DNA of 8,206 nucleotides from a virus (Monodnaviria; Loebvirae; Hofneiviricota; Faserviricetes; Tubulavirales; Inoviridae): IMG/VR virus record IMGVR_UViG_2541047896_000001, positions 1 to 8,206 of that record; one strand, 5' to 3'. Shown piece by piece: positions 6,126 to 8,206 of this stretch (position 1 is its first letter; each line of letters starts with the position of its first letter). The notes under the pieces were generated by a model. It saw only the letters and a program-made list of their open reading frames with translations, ran no database searches and was not told where the DNA came from. The position numbers and the translations under genes were made by a program.

Positions 6126-6310
6126 AACATAAACCAAGGAAGAATCCAGTCGTTGGCGGTCATGATTGTCGTGCTCATTAATAACGACCAAACCCCATAT
6201 TAACTGCCGCATCAAAAACGCCATGATCCGCGCGATGCCTGGGCCTCCATCTGATTCATGAAAGTGACAACGGTCTGGCATAACGGCTGGCTAACCACTC
6301 CGGTGCATAC

Positions 6311-8206
6311 TTAAAGGTGTGCGCGCCGTTGGCTAACTTCGTTAAGTTCGCCGGTCACGTTTTTTAGCGTTAACAGACCGTCACTAGCAATATTTCCTCT
6401 GCCTAACCCCTGCGTATTGTCGAGGCTGACTTCCGCATTTGGGCTAATGCTGGTTAACGCATTGTAGCGTGCATTAAGCCCCTCGATAGCCAGTGTTCCC
6501 CCTGTAACATTCAGGTTTCCGCCACCTGTCAGTTCGCCCTGACTGATCCCACCTTTATTCACCGTCAGCGAACCTTCTTTGAACAAAACAGTCGAACCCA
6601 TCAGCCCGGTGAATGTCTCCACCGTCTGGGCCGATCCATTAAGATCGACGATGGCCGCGTTGCTGATGTTCAGTTCCCGGGTGTTGCCCAGCGCGCCATC
6701 CGCATCGGTACGTAATGTCCCCATCTGAACATAGGTTGCCCCCTGATAGTCGTTCTGACCGTTGGAAAGCGAAACCTGTCGCACCGTATTGATTGCCAGA
6801 TCCCCTTCACCACCGATTTTTGCCGACATATCGGCCGTTGCGCCATAGGCTCCGCCATGTTCGGCTAACGTCAGCTTTTGCCCTCCATGGATGTTCAGCG
6901 CTTTCAGCCCATAGTTAACGTACAAACCATCACCTGGTGCGGTCGTGAGGCGGAATCCATAATCACCCTCGGCGACCACCGTTCCGTTTTGCGCAATGTG
7001 TAACGTTTTGTCCGCTTCCACCTCGTCGCCCTGTAAATCACGTAACGTTAATGAGCCACCCGACCCAATAACCGTTTGCGCCTTCACCAGTTGAACGCCG
7101 ACATGGCTATCATCGTGTTCCAGCAAATTGAGCGTCGTCAGAGGGTTATTCGCCATGGGATCATTCCACGGTTTAGGCACGTCGATAAGCACGTCGCCCG
7201 TCCCGTTTACCTGATAGTTACGGCCTTTCCAGGTGTAGTCACCCGCGCCGACAACCAGCGTATCGACGCTGATATATCCCTCTGCAAGCGTCGCAGCAGG
7301 AATATCCGTATCGAAAATGAGCGTACCGCCATTCATGGCCAGTCCACCAATGGATTGCTCTCCCACTTTTACCGATGTGGTATTTTCACTGTCAGACTGC
7401 AACATCGCGTGAGTAAGCGCAGCGGTGTTGTCGCGTTCCAGAGTGAAGGTACTGTCTTTCAGTTGGGCAACACCGGCGAATTCAGTCCCTGTTGCATGGG
7501 TAAAGCCAAATATCTTGTCGGAGGATGACAGCTGCACTCGCATCAAGCCATCGCCTTTGAGCGCATTGGTCAGCGTGTAATCTCCTGCGCTGTTCGTTGA
7601 TGCGAGAATGTCGAGCGTACCGGGGCTTGCAATGGTGACTTCACTCGAACCCATGCCTGTTACCCCATCTGCCGTATGTGACGCAATAGTCAGGAGGCCG
7701 TCATTGACCAGCGTTTTACCGCTATAAGTATTCCCTGCATTGAACACCGTATGGCCTGCATCATGCATCACTTTTCCGTCTTTATCGTCACCCGTAATCA
7801 GCATATCGACCTGGTAGCCGGCATCACTGTTATTGGTATGATTAAAGACAAAAACGCCTTCGCCAAGACCAAACTCCACTTTCGTCGCATTGGTAATAAA
7901 CCCGGCATCTGCCGCCACCTCACCGTGAGCAGCACCAATGTTTAGCGTTCCTACAGCAGGCTCAAAAACACCTAAGTAAACTTCTCCACCTTCGACATTC
8001 AGCGTGCCGTTATTCGTCAGGGTTAACGTACCTGTGCCAGTCGTCCCTACGTTCATATTGAATGTTTCAAGAAGAGAGTTCTGCCCATCCACCCGCACGT
8101 CGCCCTTACTTTTGTCATTCAGAGCTATCTGTGTATCACGCGCTTTAACTATACCTCCGGTGGTAATATTCAGTTCACCCGTACCTAATACACCGACCTG
8201 TAGCAA
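6311..8206 (-). CDS. Autotransporter (type Va, AIDA-I/pertactin-like) passenger-domain protein, 5' end outside the window; possibly a truncated gene or pseudogene
   Basis: Open minus-strand frame from the window edge to TAA at 6313-6311, 631 aa in window. Gly/Thr/Asn/Leu-rich degenerate repeats typical of beta-helical passenger domains (for example GTLTLTNNGTLNVEGGEVYLG, GGNLNVTGGTLAIEGLNARYNALT). It ends ...EVSQRRAHL with no beta-barrel translocator domain and no terminal aromatic residue. Higher GC than the prophage. Confidence 0.65.
   Translation of the reverse strand: MLQVGVLGTGELNITTGGIVKARDTQIALNDKSKGDVRVDGQNSLLETFNMNVGTTGTGTLTLTNNGTLNVEGGEVYLGVFEPAVGTLNIGAAHGEVAADAGFITNATKVEFGLGEGVFVFNHTNNSDAGYQVDMLITGDDKDGKVMHDAGHTVFNAGNTYSGKTLVNDGLLTIASHTADGVTGMGSSEVTIASPGTLDILASTNSAGDYTLTNALKGDGLMRVQLSSSDKIFGFTHATGTEFAGVAQLKDSTFTLERDNTAALTHAMLQSDSENTTSVKVGEQSIGGLAMNGGTLIFDTDIPAATLAEGYISVDTLVVGAGDYTWKGRNYQVNGTGDVLIDVPKPWNDPMANNPLTTLNLLEHDDSHVGVQLVKAQTVIGSGGSLTLRDLQGDEVEADKTLHIAQNGTVVAEGDYGFRLTTAPGDGLYVNYGLKALNIHGGQKLTLAEHGGAYGATADMSAKIGGEGDLAINTVRQVSLSNGQNDYQGATYVQMGTLRTDADGALGNTRELNISNAAIVDLNGSAQTVETFTGLMGSTVLFKEGSLTVNKGGISQGELTGGGNLNVTGGTLAIEGLNARYNALTSISPNAEVSLDNTQGLGRGNIASDGLLTLKNVTGELNEVSQRRAHL

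Noticed and set aside
6670-7945. Plus-strand ORFs 7076-7528 and 7751-7945 and minus-strand ORF 6670-6858 inside the autotransporter gene
   Set aside because: Embedded in the long repeat-bearing passenger ORF in other frames or on the opposite strand; Arg-rich translations typical of antisense GC-rich coding DNA.
1-8206. tRNA gene as integration target, CRISPR array, or IS element
   Set aside because: No tRNA-like cloverleaf, no regularly spaced direct repeats, and no transposase ORF or terminal inverted repeats were seen; integration appears to be at dif via Xer.

Overview
Most of this window (1 to about 6125) is the right-hand part of an integrated filamentous (inovirus-type, CTXphi/Ff-like) prophage, with all structural genes on the minus strand. 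Reading along the minus strand the order is: rolling-circle replication initiator (pII/RstA-like), a candidate ssDNA-binding protein, a small membrane protein, major coat protein pVIII, adsorption protein pIII, pVI, and the pI/Zot assembly ATPase, whose stop codon sits at the window edge. Upstream of rep is a divergent promoter/operator region and two small plus-strand ORFs of unknown family. The prophage ends in a structure I consider the most interesting feature here: two inverted dif-like XerC/XerD sites flanking a GC-rich hairpin (6032-6125), matching the folded attP architecture known from CTXphi. Beyond it (6126-8206) is more GC-rich, host-like DNA carrying the 3' part of an autotransporter-passenger-like gene that ends without a beta-barrel domain. 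I saw no rRNA, tRNA or CRISPR array. All family assignments are from reading the translations and recalled motifs and dif consensus; no database search was run.
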